From Arcobacteraceae bacterium (lineage in GTDB: Bacteria > Campylobacterota > Campylobacteria > Campylobacterales > Arcobacteraceae), in NCBI GenBank assembly GCA_049650525.1, contig JBASAI010000393.1:1-54366 (forward strand): a stretch of 54,366 nt of DNA, given 5' to 3'. The notes under the pieces were generated by a model. That model had not been told where the DNA came from. It saw only the letters and a list, made by a program, of their open reading frames with translations, and ran no database searches. Of this stretch, positions 19,572 through 29,597 are shown one piece after another. A program made the position numbers and the translations under genes. The number at the start of each line of letters is the position of its first letter. The stretch's first letter is position 1.

Positions 19572-20755
19572 GTTATAAAAAGTTTTTTCCCTATTTCCAA
19601 AATAGCCACATGACCTATTTGGACAATAGTGCAACAACTCAAAAACCTCAAAGTGTGATTGATGCAGAGTGTGAGTATTACACACACTTCTGTGCAAATA
19701 CACACAGAAGTAATTTTGGGGATGCAAACAAAGCAACACAAGAGTTTGAAAACACACGACAGACACTGCAAAAGTTCATCAATGCAAAACAAAGTGATGA
19801 GATCATTTTCACAAAAGGGGTAACAGAATCGATAAACTTCATAGCCTCTAGCTTTGCAAATGATTTCAAAACTATCATCATCTCAAGCCTCGAACACCAT
19901 GCCAATATCGTACCTTGGCATATGCAAGATCGTACACTTGGAGATGGTCTTGAAGTTGTAGGATATAAAGAAAATTTTGCCTTTGATTTTGAAGAGTTGG
20001 AACAGCTTCTACAAAAAAATCCAAATAGTTTTGTCTCCGTGACACATATCTCAAATGCCTTTGGAACGATCAACGATATCAAAAAGATCTGTACTCTTGC
20101 ACATAAATATGACTCGTATGTGATGATTGATGGTGCACAAAGTTTAGCCCATACAAAAATAGATGTTCAAGATATAGGGTGTGATTTTTTTGCTATCTCT
20201 GGTCACAAAACTTTTGGACCAACAGGAGTGGGAGCTATCTATATCAAAAATGAGCTTTTAGAGAAAGTGGCACCATACCAAACAGGAGGAGCTACTATAC
20301 AAACAGTGAGTTATGAAAAATCTACACTTTTAGATAGTCCCTACAAATTTGAAGCAGGTACTCAAAATATCGCGGGGGTGATTGGTTTTGCAAAAGCTAT
20401 GGAGTTTATAGAAGATATAGGCTATGATAAAATAGAAAAAAAAGAAAAAGATCTGTATACTTATCTGCAAGAAGAGCTAGAAAAAATCGAAGATGTTATT
20501 TTGTATAATACCACACAAGATTCAACTTCTAGTAAAAGTTTCAATATCAAAGGACTTTTATCAGATGATGTAGGGATACTTTTGGATAAACAAAAGATTG
20601 CCATACGAGTTGGGCATCATTGTGCTATGCCGATCATGCAAAAGCTTCAAATAAAAGGAACGATTAGAGTATCGCTATCTTTTTACAATGAGAGTGAAGA
20701 TATCGATAGATTTATCAAAGCCCTCAAAAAAGCGATCTCTATGCTAAAGGATTAA
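19568..20755 (+). CDS. sufS: Cysteine desulfurase, SufS type
   Basis: YLDNSATTQKP, EHHANIVPW, SGHKTFGPTG (PLP Lys), RVGHHCA (group II). Confidence 0.95.
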   Translation: MSYKKFFPYFQNSHMTYLDNSATTQKPQSVIDAECEYYTHFCANTHRSNFGDANKATQEFENTRQTLQKFINAKQSDEIIFTKGVTESINFIASSFANDFKTIIISSLEHHANIVPWHMQDRTLGDGLEVVGYKENFAFDFEELEQLLQKNPNSFVSVTHISNAFGTINDIKKICTLAHKYDSYVMIDGAQSLAHTKIDVQDIGCDFFAISGHKTFGPTGVGAIYIKNELLEKVAPYQTGGATIQTVSYEKSTLLDSPYKFEAGTQNIAGVIGFAKAMEFIEDIGYDKIEKKEKDLYTYLQEELEKIEDVILYNTTQDSTSSKSFNIKGLLSDDVGILLDKQKIAIRVGHHCAMPIMQKLQIKGTIRVSLSFYNESEDIDRFIKALKKAISMLKD

Positions 20756-20759
20756 AAAA

Positions 20760-21176
20760 ATGAATACAATAGAACAATCGATCAAAAATATCAAAGATGA
20801 TCTTGATTTTTTTGATGATGAGTTACAAAAATATGAGTATATCATCGATTTAGGGAAAAAACTTCCAGATATCAATGAGAAAGAAAAAATAGAAAAGAAC
20901 TTAGTGCAAGGGTGTACTTCACAAGTTTGGCTTGTGCCAAAAATAGAAAATGACACTTTAGTGCTAGAGGGTACAAGTGATGCAATCATCGTAAAAGGAC
21001 TTGTCTATATCATACTAGATATATTCAATCATCGAACACTAGATGAGATAAATGCATTTGATATCAATATCTTAAATGCACTAGGACTAGAAGAGATCAT
21101 CACCCCAAATCGCCAAAGTGGTGTACAAGGAATGATCAAAAAAATTATAAAGGTAGCACAAAATGGCAATATTTAA
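20760..21176 (+). CDS. sufE: SufE sulfur acceptor
   Basis: VQGCTSQVWL, SDAIIVKGL, TPNRQSG. Confidence 0.95.
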   Translation: MNTIEQSIKNIKDDLDFFDDELQKYEYIIDLGKKLPDINEKEKIEKNLVQGCTSQVWLVPKIENDTLVLEGTSDAIIVKGLVYIILDIFNHRTLDEINAFDINILNALGLEEIITPNRQSGVQGMIKKIIKVAQNGNI

Positions 21177-21507
21177 TTTAGAAGAGATAAAAGAAAAAAT
21201 AATAGAAACAAAACTCAAAAAAGTTTTTGATCCAGAGATACCGATCAATATCTACGATCTAGGACTTATCTATAAAATAGAATTAGAAGAGAAAGACAAC
21301 TATCTTTTTGCCACAATAGATATGACTTTGACAAGTCCATCGTGTCCTGTGGCTGATTCACTTTTGGGTCAAGTAAAATCATATGTAGAAGCGATAGATG
21401 AAGTAGATGAGTGTACAGTAGAGTTAGTTTTCGAGCCAGTATGGGACAAAACAAAGATCAGCGAAGAGGGAAATCTTGAGCTAATGTTATCTGGGATAAA
21501 TTTGTAA
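21163..21507 (+). CDS. DUF59/SufT-like Fe-S assembly factor
   Basis: DPEIPINIYDLGLIY, MTLTSPSCPVA, VFEPVW. Confidence 0.92.
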   Translation: MAIFNLEEIKEKIIETKLKKVFDPEIPINIYDLGLIYKIELEEKDNYLFATIDMTLTSPSCPVADSLLGQVKSYVEAIDEVDECTVELVFEPVWDKTKISEEGNLELMLSGINL

Positions 21508-21536
21508 TAAATATAAAGAATCGGATAGTCTAAACA

Positions 21537-22895
21537 CTATCCTTCTTCACATTTTTTGATCACATTTATTGCAGCTGGCAATAAAGACTCATTTAAAGCT
21601 GGATGGATATAAAGCATCTCTTTTAGATGTCTGATATCATTATCTATATGCATCACTGCTAGTACTTGATGTATCATCGTTGAGCTTTGTGGTCCTATCA
21701 TATGACAGCCCAAAATTTCATAGCTATTTTTATCAACGATAAATTTTGTAAAAGGATATTTTAGTTTCATAGACTCTGCTTTTGCACTTGCTAGCCAGTC
21801 AGTTTTTGAGACTACAAAATCAAGATTGTTTTCTTTTGCTTGTTTTTCAGTGATACCTACACTTGCAATCTCCGGATCTGTAAAAACAGCGTGAGGCATA
21901 TACTTAAACTTTAGAGGTTTTTTTTCATCTTCAAATAGGAGTTTATAAAGATGATTTATCTCATACGCAGCTGCATGTTGGAGCATATATTTTCCCGCTG
22001 CATCACCTACAACATAGACACCTTTGGAATCTGTTTGGAAGTATTCATCTCTTTGTATAAATCCTCGATTATCAAGTTTTATACTCGTATTTTCTAATTT
22101 AAGTGTTTTAGCGTTTGATTCTCTACCAATTGCATATAATAATGCTTCAGAGCTATGTTTTTGTGTTGTTGTATCTTTATTTTCCAACATCATCTCAAAT
22201 GAACCATTTGTATATTTTGCATCTTGTATCGTGGTATTAAATGCAATATCGATGTTGAGAGAAAATTGCTCTTTAAATACTTTTGAGATATCTTCATCTT
22301 CATTTGAAAGAAGATTTTCACCTCTTACGATCAGTTTTGTCTTCACACCCAAAGCATCAAACACATTCGCCAACTCACAAGCAATAAAACCAGAGCCTAC
22401 AATAGTGATCGATTTTGGAATTTTACTAATAGGAAAAATATCATCACTTGTCCATGCGTGTTCAAAAGGTGCTTTTATAGGAGCTGTTCCTGTTGCAATG
22501 ACAATTTTTTTTGCTGTAAGTTCTTCACCATTTACACTGATGACATTGTTAGAAACAAAAGTTCCTAAGCCACGAAAAAGTTCTACATTTTCATTGAGCT
22601 TTTTTTTGTAGTTGCCATCTACATGAGCGATAAAGTTATTATTTTTATCAAATATCTTTTCGATATCGATACTATTGATTGTACTTTTGACATAATGTCT
22701 TTGTGAGTCTTGAATAGTACGAATAACATCCGCATATCCGATGAGAAGTTTTGAGGGAACACATCCTTTATTTGGACAAGTTCCACCAAGCTCTGCTTTT
22801 TCTATCAAAGCAACTTTTTTTCCTAATTTACCAGCTTTTGCAGCTAAATTGGAGGCTCGACCGCCTCCAATAATAATGATATCGTATGTTTTCAT
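21537..22895 (-). CDS. Class I pyridine nucleotide-disulfide oxidoreductase (lipoamide dehydrogenase/mycothione reductase-like)
   Basis: GGTCPNKGCVPSK redox disulfide, GSGFIACE, PHAVFTDPEIASVG, YIHPALNE His-Glu dyad. Confidence 0.88.
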   Translation of the reverse strand: MKTYDIIIIGGGRASNLAAKAGKLGKKVALIEKAELGGTCPNKGCVPSKLLIGYADVIRTIQDSQRHYVKSTINSIDIEKIFDKNNNFIAHVDGNYKKKLNENVELFRGLGTFVSNNVISVNGEELTAKKIVIATGTAPIKAPFEHAWTSDDIFPISKIPKSITIVGSGFIACELANVFDALGVKTKLIVRGENLLSNEDEDISKVFKEQFSLNIDIAFNTTIQDAKYTNGSFEMMLENKDTTTQKHSSEALLYAIGRESNAKTLKLENTSIKLDNRGFIQRDEYFQTDSKGVYVVGDAAGKYMLQHAAAYEINHLYKLLFEDEKKPLKFKYMPHAVFTDPEIASVGITEKQAKENNLDFVVSKTDWLASAKAESMKLKYPFTKFIVDKNSYEILGCHMIGPQSSTMIHQVLAVMHIDNDIRHLKEMLYIHPALNESLLPAAINVIKKCEEG

Positions 22896-22937
22896 AGCGT
22901 TACTTCCTTTTAGATGGGATGCAAACTCTTAAGAGAA

Positions 22938-25145
22938 TTAAATATCTTGTTCGATAACTTCTCTAAATGTATTAAAATAAATCTTTTTTGCATTTTCTAG
23001 ATCTTTTTTAACACCATTAATATTTATCATATCTCCACCAGATTTTCCGATTTTTGTACAAGTTACTTGATATTTACCGATTAACTCTTCAAAAAGTGGT
23101 TCATCGTCATAGTTTACCTCAACAATAGCTCTTGAGAGTGTTTCACTAAAAATATCTTTTGAATCTTGCAATGGAATAGTAATATTGATACCTTTATTCC
23201 CAACAACTGCCATTTTAGCAGCTGCTATTGCGATACCACCTACATTTACATCTTTTGCACTTTGTAAAACCCCTGCTTTATTTGCATTGATCACAAAATC
23301 CCAAAGGTGGAGTTCTTTTTCAAAATCAACTTCGGGATGAGTTCCTGCAACTTTTCCGTACAGTTTTTTCATATATAAACTAGCACCAAATTCTGATTTT
23401 GTATCACCTAAGATATAAATCGTACTATCGTTGTGTTGAATACAACTAGGAAGTACTTTATTCATATCATCATTTACACCAACAGTTGCAATAGCAGGTG
23501 TTGGGAAAACTCCTACTCCATTTGTTTCATTATATAATGATACATTTCCACCGATTACTGGAGTATTTAAAGCTTTACAAGCAGACTTGATACCTTCACA
23601 CGATGTCATAAATTGCCACATAACTTCTGGATTTTCAGGGTTACCAAAATTTAAACAATCAGTGATAGCTAAAGGTTGAGCTCCGCTCATAGCTACATTT
23701 CGTCCAGCTTCCATAACAGCAGCTGCACTTCCTAACTCAGGATCGATATAACATTGTCTAGTGTTACAATCTGCACTCATAGCAAGAGCTTTTCCTGTTT
23801 CTTTGATACGAACAACTGAACCATCTAAAGAACCAGGTCCTTTAACTGTGTTTGTTTGAACCATAGAATCATACTGATTATAAACCCAAGATTTATCGAC
23901 AACTTCCATATCACTAAAGAGTGTATCAAACGCTTCTTGATTTGGTATATTTTTATCTAACTTGATATCTTTTATAGTTTTTAAATATTCAGGTTCTTTT
24001 ACTGGTCTATCTAAAATAGGAGCTTCTTCAGAAAGTGGCTGAATAGGAATATCAGCTACTAAATCACCGTGCCAATACAGTTCCATATTTCCATTGTCAG
24101 TTACTTCACCGATAACAGCAGCTGATAATTCCCATTTTTCAAAGATATCAATAACTGCTTGTTCACAACCAGCTTTTGCACAAATCAGCATTCTTTCTTG
24201 CGATTCTGAAAGCATGAAATCGTAAGGAGTCATACCCTCTTCTCTTGCAGGAACTTTATCAAGATCCATTCTCATACCAGATCCAGTTCGTCCTGCCATC
24301 TCAAAAGATGAGCTTGTAAGTCCAGCAGCACCCATATCTTGAATACCGATGATTAAATCTTCTTTAAATAGTTCTAAACACGCTTCAAGTAAAAGTTTTT
24401 CTGTAAATGGATCACCTACTTGAACTGTTGGTCTTTTTGATTCACTATCTTCTGTAAATGCAGCACTTGACATAACAGCACCACCAAGTCCATCTCGACC
24501 AGTTTTAGATCCAACATACATAACAGGATTTCCAACACCCTCAGCAACACCTAAAAAGATCTCATCTGATTTACAAATACCTAGGTTAAAAGCATTTACA
24601 AGGTTATTTCCAGCATAACACTCTTCAAAACCAACTTGACCACCAATAGTAGGAACTCCCATACAGTTACCATAACCGCCGATACCTTCAACAACACCTC
24701 GTAAAAGAAATCTATGTTTTTTAGCAGTTTCACTATTCCCTTCGATACCAGCAAATTGGATCAAGTTCATAGAAGCAACAGGACGAGCTCCCATAGTAAA
24801 CACATCTCTCATAATCCCACCAACACCAGTAGCAGCACCTTGATATGGCTCGATAAAACTTGGATGATTGTGTGATTCCATTTTAAATACAGCAGCATAC
24901 CCATCACCGATATCAATAACACCAGCATTTTCTCCAGGACCTTGGATCACCCATGGAGCTTTTGTTGGGAAACCATTTAAGTATTTTTTACTTGATTTAT
25001 AAGAACAGTGCTCACTCCACATAGCCGAAATAACACCGATTTCAGTATAGTTAGGCTCTCTTCCTAACATTTTTAATACAGTTTCGTACTCATCTTCGGT
25101 CATCGAATGTGCTAGTGCTATTTCTAATGCTGATTTTTCTGACAT
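22938..25145 (-). CDS. purL: Phosphoribosylformylglycinamidine synthase subunit PurL
   Basis: [58 protein letters not shown]. Confidence 0.98.
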   Translation of the reverse strand: MSEKSALEIALAHSMTEDEYETVLKMLGREPNYTEIGVISAMWSEHCSYKSSKKYLNGFPTKAPWVIQGPGENAGVIDIGDGYAAVFKMESHNHPSFIEPYQGAATGVGGIMRDVFTMGARPVASMNLIQFAGIEGNSETAKKHRFLLRGVVEGIGGYGNCMGVPTIGGQVGFEECYAGNNLVNAFNLGICKSDEIFLGVAEGVGNPVMYVGSKTGRDGLGGAVMSSAAFTEDSESKRPTVQVGDPFTEKLLLEACLELFKEDLIIGIQDMGAAGLTSSSFEMAGRTGSGMRMDLDKVPAREEGMTPYDFMLSESQERMLICAKAGCEQAVIDIFEKWELSAAVIGEVTDNGNMELYWHGDLVADIPIQPLSEEAPILDRPVKEPEYLKTIKDIKLDKNIPNQEAFDTLFSDMEVVDKSWVYNQYDSMVQTNTVKGPGSLDGSVVRIKETGKALAMSADCNTRQCYIDPELGSAAAVMEAGRNVAMSGAQPLAITDCLNFGNPENPEVMWQFMTSCEGIKSACKALNTPVIGGNVSLYNETNGVGVFPTPAIATVGVNDDMNKVLPSCIQHNDSTIYILGDTKSEFGASLYMKKLYGKVAGTHPEVDFEKELHLWDFVINANKAGVLQSAKDVNVGGIAIAAAKMAVVGNKGINITIPLQDSKDIFSETLSRAIVEVNYDDEPLFEELIGKYQVTCTKIGKSGGDMININGVKKDLENAKKIYFNTFREVIEQDI

Positions 25146-25300
25146 ATTTATCTACCTTAAGTATCTTAATTTTTAGGAAATTATAGCTAAATTTATTTTA
25201 TTGAATGGTTAAGACAAAAAATATCAATAATGAATGAAATTATTTATCAGTATTTAATAACTTATAGACTAAAATAATACATTATAAAAAAAGGATTACT

Positions 25301-25741
25301 ATGAAAAAAATACTATTAAGTACAGCAGCTACAGTTTTACTAGCAACTTCAGCAATGGCAACAATAAACAATCAAACAGGATGTGGGCTTGGATCACAAA
25401 TCATTAAAGACGATTCAACTGCAATTATGTTAGCTTTACAAGCAACTACAAATGGTACATCTGGTAACCAAACATTTGGTATCTCTTCAGGTACATCTGG
25501 TTGTCAAAAAACAAAATTTGTTATGAATGAACAAACACAAAGATTTGTTGCATCTAACATGGATCAACTTTCAAAAGAGATCGCAATGGGTCACGGTGAA
25601 GCGGTTTCTACACTTGCAGAGTTATTAGAAGTTGAAGATAAATCAGCTTTTATAGCTTCTTTACAAAAAAATTATAATGCAATCTACACATCATCAAATG
25701 TACAAATGGCTGATGTTTTAGATAATGTATCTGCTATCTAA
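25301..25741 (+). CDS. DUF3015 family exported protein
   Basis: Signal peptide, GCGLG, TTNGTSGNQTFGISSGTSGC, EIAMGHGE. Confidence 0.9.
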   Translation: MKKILLSTAATVLLATSAMATINNQTGCGLGSQIIKDDSTAIMLALQATTNGTSGNQTFGISSGTSGCQKTKFVMNEQTQRFVASNMDQLSKEIAMGHGEAVSTLAELLEVEDKSAFIASLQKNYNAIYTSSNVQMADVLDNVSAI

Positions 25742-25751
25742 TTTCAAATTT

Positions 25752-25780
25752 ATATAAGTGGTTTATTCCACTTATATTTT
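25752..25780 (+). terminator. Intrinsic terminator-like hairpin between DUF3015 and DUF4105 genes
   Basis: ATATAAGTGG-tttatt-CCACTTATAT followed by TTT. Confidence 0.65.
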
Positions 25781-25798
25781 ACCTCATAGGACTTCATC

Positions 25799-27628
25799 AT
25801 AAAATATTTACTTTCATTTTTATTATTCACTCAATTTCTTTTTTCAAATACTTTTCAAATATATAAAGAAAAAGCAGAACACACACAATTGTGGAATCAA
25901 AAATATTGGCAACTATTGCTTCATATGCCAGTGAATAATCAAAGTGAAATTGATTCACCCTCTTTTTTTCTTGCTAAAGATGGGAAAACAGATGCAAAAA
26001 ATGAACTTTTGCAAACAGTAAAAAATCTTTTAACAGAAAATATATCGAGTAAAAATGCAACAGCTTGTAAATATCCAGCAAGAACTGAGTGGCTTACAAA
26101 AGAACTTCAATTAGAAAACTTACCAAAAATAGAATGTACCCAATACAACGATTGGATACAACAGCTAGATCCTACTTCTGTAGCTTTGATTTTTCCATCA
26201 GCACACATCAACTCTCCAGCTTCGATGTTTGGGCATACTTTTTTACTTATCGAAACTTCTTATAATTCAAAACTTTTATCTCACGCAATCAATTATGCAG
26301 CAAGCGTGGATAAAGATAAAGAAAATGGTTTTATGTTTGCTATAAAAGGATTGTTTGGTGGGTATTATGGTGAATATTCACTTTTACCATATTATGAAAA
26401 ACTCAAACAATATAGAGATACAGAACAAAGAGATATTTGGGAATATAATCTTAACCTCACAAAAGAGGAAACCATAAAAATGGTAAATCATATATGGGAA
26501 CTTAAAGATACTTATTCTGATTATTATTTTTTTGATGAGAATTGTTCATATAATATGTTGTGGCTTTTAGAGATAGCAAGACCAAGTGTCAATCTCAGAG
26601 ATAAGTTTTTTTTCCAGGTAAGTCCACCTGAAACAATCTTTGAGATCACAAAACAAAACCTTATCAAATCAAAAGAATATAGACCTTCAAAAAGAAAAGT
26701 ACTACTAGAATATGAAACATTATTAAACGATGAGGATATAGCACTCGTAAAAAGATTAACACTTTTAGAAAATATAAAAGAAATAGATATATTAATTCAC
26801 AATGATCTCATATCAACAGAAAAAAAACAGTATATTTTAGAATCTGCAATAGAATTAAGTGAATACTATTTTATGCAAGCAAAACTAAAAAAAGATGATT
26901 ATTTACAAATATCTCACAAATTATCAAAAGCTAGAGCATCACTCGGAGTTGGTAAAGAGTTATCGATACAAAAACCAGTCAATCCAGACCAAGCCAATAG
27001 ACAACTATCAGTATCAACAGGATACCGACATACTCAAAACAATGATCAGATCACTTTTGGGATACGACCAACCTATCACGATATCACCAATAACGATGAT
27101 GGATTTTTAGCAGGAACACAAATAGAGTTTTTTAGTACAAATTTCACTTATGACCTTGAAACTCAAAATACAAAACTTGATTATCTCAAACTACTCACGA
27201 TTCGTTCACTCTCAGCAAAGACAAAATTCTTTGATCCTTTATCGTGGATGACTAGCTGGCAGTTTAATAGAGATAGTTTAGATGATGAGTTAAATTTTAG
27301 TGCAAAAGTAGGAGCTGGGAAATCATTTTATCTAGGAGATAAAAGCTATGCTTATGCACTTGCCGATCTCTATATCTATGATACAGACTATGCAAACACT
27401 GCAGCAGGTGCGACACTAGGAACAGTATTTTACACCAGCAAAAAAACAAAACTAAATATCGAATCAAACTACAAAAAATATGACAGTGGAGATACTCAAA
27501 AAACTCTAGATATCACACAAAGCTACTTTCCTAGAAATGATATAGATATAAAATTCAACTATAAACATATAGAAAAATTTGAAGAAAATCAAAATAATTT
27601 AAGTCTTTCTTTTCATTACTTTTTTTAG
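25799..27628 (+). CDS. DUF4105 (Lnb-like N-terminal domain) outer-membrane protein
   Basis: SPASMFGHTFL, YYFFDENCSY, beta-strand-rich C-terminus ending in Phe. The frame is open upstream of track start 25889 and encodes a signal peptide, so the start is probably ATA 25799. Confidence 0.85.
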   Translation: MKYLLSFLLFTQFLFSNTFQIYKEKAEHTQLWNQKYWQLLLHMPVNNQSEIDSPSFFLAKDGKTDAKNELLQTVKNLLTENISSKNATACKYPARTEWLTKELQLENLPKIECTQYNDWIQQLDPTSVALIFPSAHINSPASMFGHTFLLIETSYNSKLLSHAINYAASVDKDKENGFMFAIKGLFGGYYGEYSLLPYYEKLKQYRDTEQRDIWEYNLNLTKEETIKMVNHIWELKDTYSDYYFFDENCSYNMLWLLEIARPSVNLRDKFFFQVSPPETIFEITKQNLIKSKEYRPSKRKVLLEYETLLNDEDIALVKRLTLLENIKEIDILIHNDLISTEKKQYILESAIELSEYYFMQAKLKKDDYLQISHKLSKARASLGVGKELSIQKPVNPDQANRQLSVSTGYRHTQNNDQITFGIRPTYHDITNNDDGFLAGTQIEFFSTNFTYDLETQNTKLDYLKLLTIRSLSAKTKFFDPLSWMTSWQFNRDSLDDELNFSAKVGAGKSFYLGDKSYAYALADLYIYDTDYANTAAGATLGTVFYTSKKTKLNIESNYKKYDSGDTQKTLDITQSYFPRNDIDIKFNYKHIEKFEENQNNLSLSFHYFF

Positions 27629-27657
27629 AGGATTAATTTAGATAAATTGCATATCTT

Positions 27658-27999
27658 CTATTCAATAATCTCATCAAATAAGTTTTTAACATTTTCTAAC
27701 TCTTTTGGTGTAAGTGTTGATAGTTTTTTTATAAATCGTGTATTATCTATAGCTCGTATTTGAGTGAGTATGAGATCTGAATCTTCATGTAGATCATCAC
27801 GGCTCGTGATTCTGATTCTTATAGGTTCAGCATCATCGATTAGGTGAGTTGAAAGTGGGAAAATAATGGTTGTGGGATATTTGCTTTTATTTAATTCATT
27901 ATTTTGAAATACAACAGCAGGTCGTACCTTACCAATCTCATTATTCTTTTTAATTGGATTTAAATTTACTAGCCAAATATCACCTTTAGATAGAATCAC
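27658..27999 (-). CDS. MazF/PemK family toxin
   Basis: GDIWLVNLNP, EIGKVRPAVV, QIRAID..R. Confidence 0.93.
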   Translation of the reverse strand: MILSKGDIWLVNLNPIKKNNEIGKVRPAVVFQNNELNKSKYPTTIIFPLSTHLIDDAEPIRIRITSRDDLHEDSDLILTQIRAIDNTRFIKKLSTLTPKELENVKNLFDEIIE

Positions 28000-28213
28000 T
28001 TAATGTTCCTTCAAAATCTCGGTATAACATCATATCACTCTTTTTTGTTTTTTCCACAGCTAAAGAAATTCGTGATTTTTTATCATTCTCTATGCTTTTA
28101 GCATAGTAGTTTATCGCATCTCTTATGATGTCACTTTTCTTTTTATGCAATGATTTTGCCAGTGTATTCAACTTTGTTTCCATCGTAGTATCGAGTCTTA
28201 CAGTAGCTGTCAT
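27986..28213 (-). CDS. CopG/RHH-family antitoxin
   Basis: MTATVRLD..KKKSDIIRDAI RHH pattern; overlaps the toxin; start moved to ATG 28213 after AAGGA. Confidence 0.85.
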   Translation of the reverse strand: MTATVRLDTTMETKLNTLAKSLHKKKSDIIRDAINYYAKSIENDKKSRISLAVEKTKKSDMMLYRDFEGTLSDSI

Positions 28214-28398
28214 AAAAATCCTTTGTATTTTGTAATACGGTAGTATATCTAAAAAGTTATAAATACCTAACAAAATAACTAAAGTCTTTCTTTTCATTAC
28301 TTTTTTTAGTGATTTTTAAATATAAAAAAATTTCATTACATACTAGGTATAATTATAATTTTAATTATGTATAATCACTTTTCAAAAAAAGGATTAAA

Positions 28399-28704
28399 AT
28401 GAAAAAAGTTTTAAAATATTCACTCGCAGGTTTAGCAGCAATGCTATTAACAACAGGTTGTACTCACAAAGCATCAATAGGCGCTTCAAATATTGATTTG
28501 TCGAAAGTTAATATGACACAAATTGAAAATATGAAAAGTGGGGAAGCGTGTTCTTCATGGTTTTTAATTTTTCCTACTGGATTTGATTCTACAGCACGAC
28601 AAGCTGCAAAAAATGGTGGAATTACAACAATTCAATATCAAGAATACTCTCAATCAAATTATTTAATTGCAGGTTCTAGATGTATTACTGTTTACGGTAA
28701 ATAA
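28399..28704 (+). CDS. Small lipoprotein, TRL-like family
   Basis: Lipobox LTTGC; K.GEAC, AAKNGGIT.I, C..VYGK. Confidence 0.75.
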   Translation: MKKVLKYSLAGLAAMLLTTGCTHKASIGASNIDLSKVNMTQIENMKSGEACSSWFLIFPTGFDSTARQAAKNGGITTIQYQEYSQSNYLIAGSRCITVYGK

Positions 28705-28723
28705 ATATACTCTTCTTATTTGA

Positions 28724-28751
28724 AATTGTCCTACATATATGTAGGACAATT
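28724..28751 (+). terminator. Perfect 28-bp palindrome downstream of the lipoprotein gene, probable terminator
   Basis: AATTGTCCTACATATATGTAGGACAATT. Confidence 0.65.
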
Positions 28752-28838
28752 CATTTTATAAACATCTACTTTTCATAATAACCAATTATTTACCAACAAT
28801 TCTGTATAATAATATAATTTATTAACAAAAGGTAAGTA

Positions 28839-29597
28839 ATGTCAAATATCATATCAGAAAGTTCAACACGAATCAAAACAGGAGTTGCTTTAGTCGTAGG
28901 TTTATTAATCATAGGATTTATTAATTCATTTACTTTGACATGGTTTTTATTTGGTGGTTTGATGCTCGTAGCGTTAAAAGAATCGATGAACCTTTTTAAA
29001 CTCAATGATGACAAAATCTATGTTTATGCATTCGTAACTTGGATCGTAGCATACTTCTATCCAAAACCAGAAGACTTAATCTTTGTGGTTGCTATCATCT
29101 TTGCATCTATGTTAGCATACACAAAAGAGTTTGATAGAAATCTTTTTTTACCTTTACTCTATCCTATAGCTTCTTATCTATTCTTACTCTCACTGTATTT
29201 TTCATATGGCATGGTCTATTTACTATGGCTTTTAGTAATCGTAGCAGGAACTGATGTGGGTGCTTATTTTGTAGGCAAAAGTATGGGAAAAACAAAATTT
29301 TGTGAGACAAGTCCAAACAAAACTTTAGAAGGTGTCGCTGGTGGTATCATTGTAGCTGCTATTTTAGGAGTTGTATTTGCTCCTGAAGAGATTGGATTTG
29401 TGACTGCTTTATCTATATCGATTGTTGTAGCTATTGCCTCTATTTTTGGTGACCTTTTTGAGAGTTATCTCAAAAGAGAAGCAGATGTAAAAGATAGTGG
29501 AGATATTTTACCAGGTCATGGTGGGATTTTGGATAGAACTGATGGCTACTTATTTGGGGGCGTTATTATGCTTGTATTACTTAGGTTATTTGTTTGA
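28839..29597 (+). CDS. cdsA: Phosphatidate cytidylyltransferase
   Basis: SPNKTLEG, GDLFESYLKR..VKDSG.ILPGHGGILDR.D. Confidence 0.96.
   Translation: MSNIISESSTRIKTGVALVVGLLIIGFINSFTLTWFLFGGLMLVALKESMNLFKLNDDKIYVYAFVTWIVAYFYPKPEDLIFVVAIIFASMLAYTKEFDRNLFLPLLYPIASYLFLLSLYFSYGMVYLLWLLVIVAGTDVGAYFVGKSMGKTKFCETSPNKTLEGVAGGIIVAAILGVVFAPEEIGFVTALSISIVVAIASIFGDLFESYLKREADVKDSGDILPGHGGILDRTDGYLFGGVIMLVLLRLFV

Noticed and set aside
22024..22611. 195-aa antisense ORF, and similar antisense ORFs over sulP, mutS, sufS, ilvA, secD, flhA, fliI and fliK
   Set aside because: Antisense shadows of conserved genes caused by codon bias.
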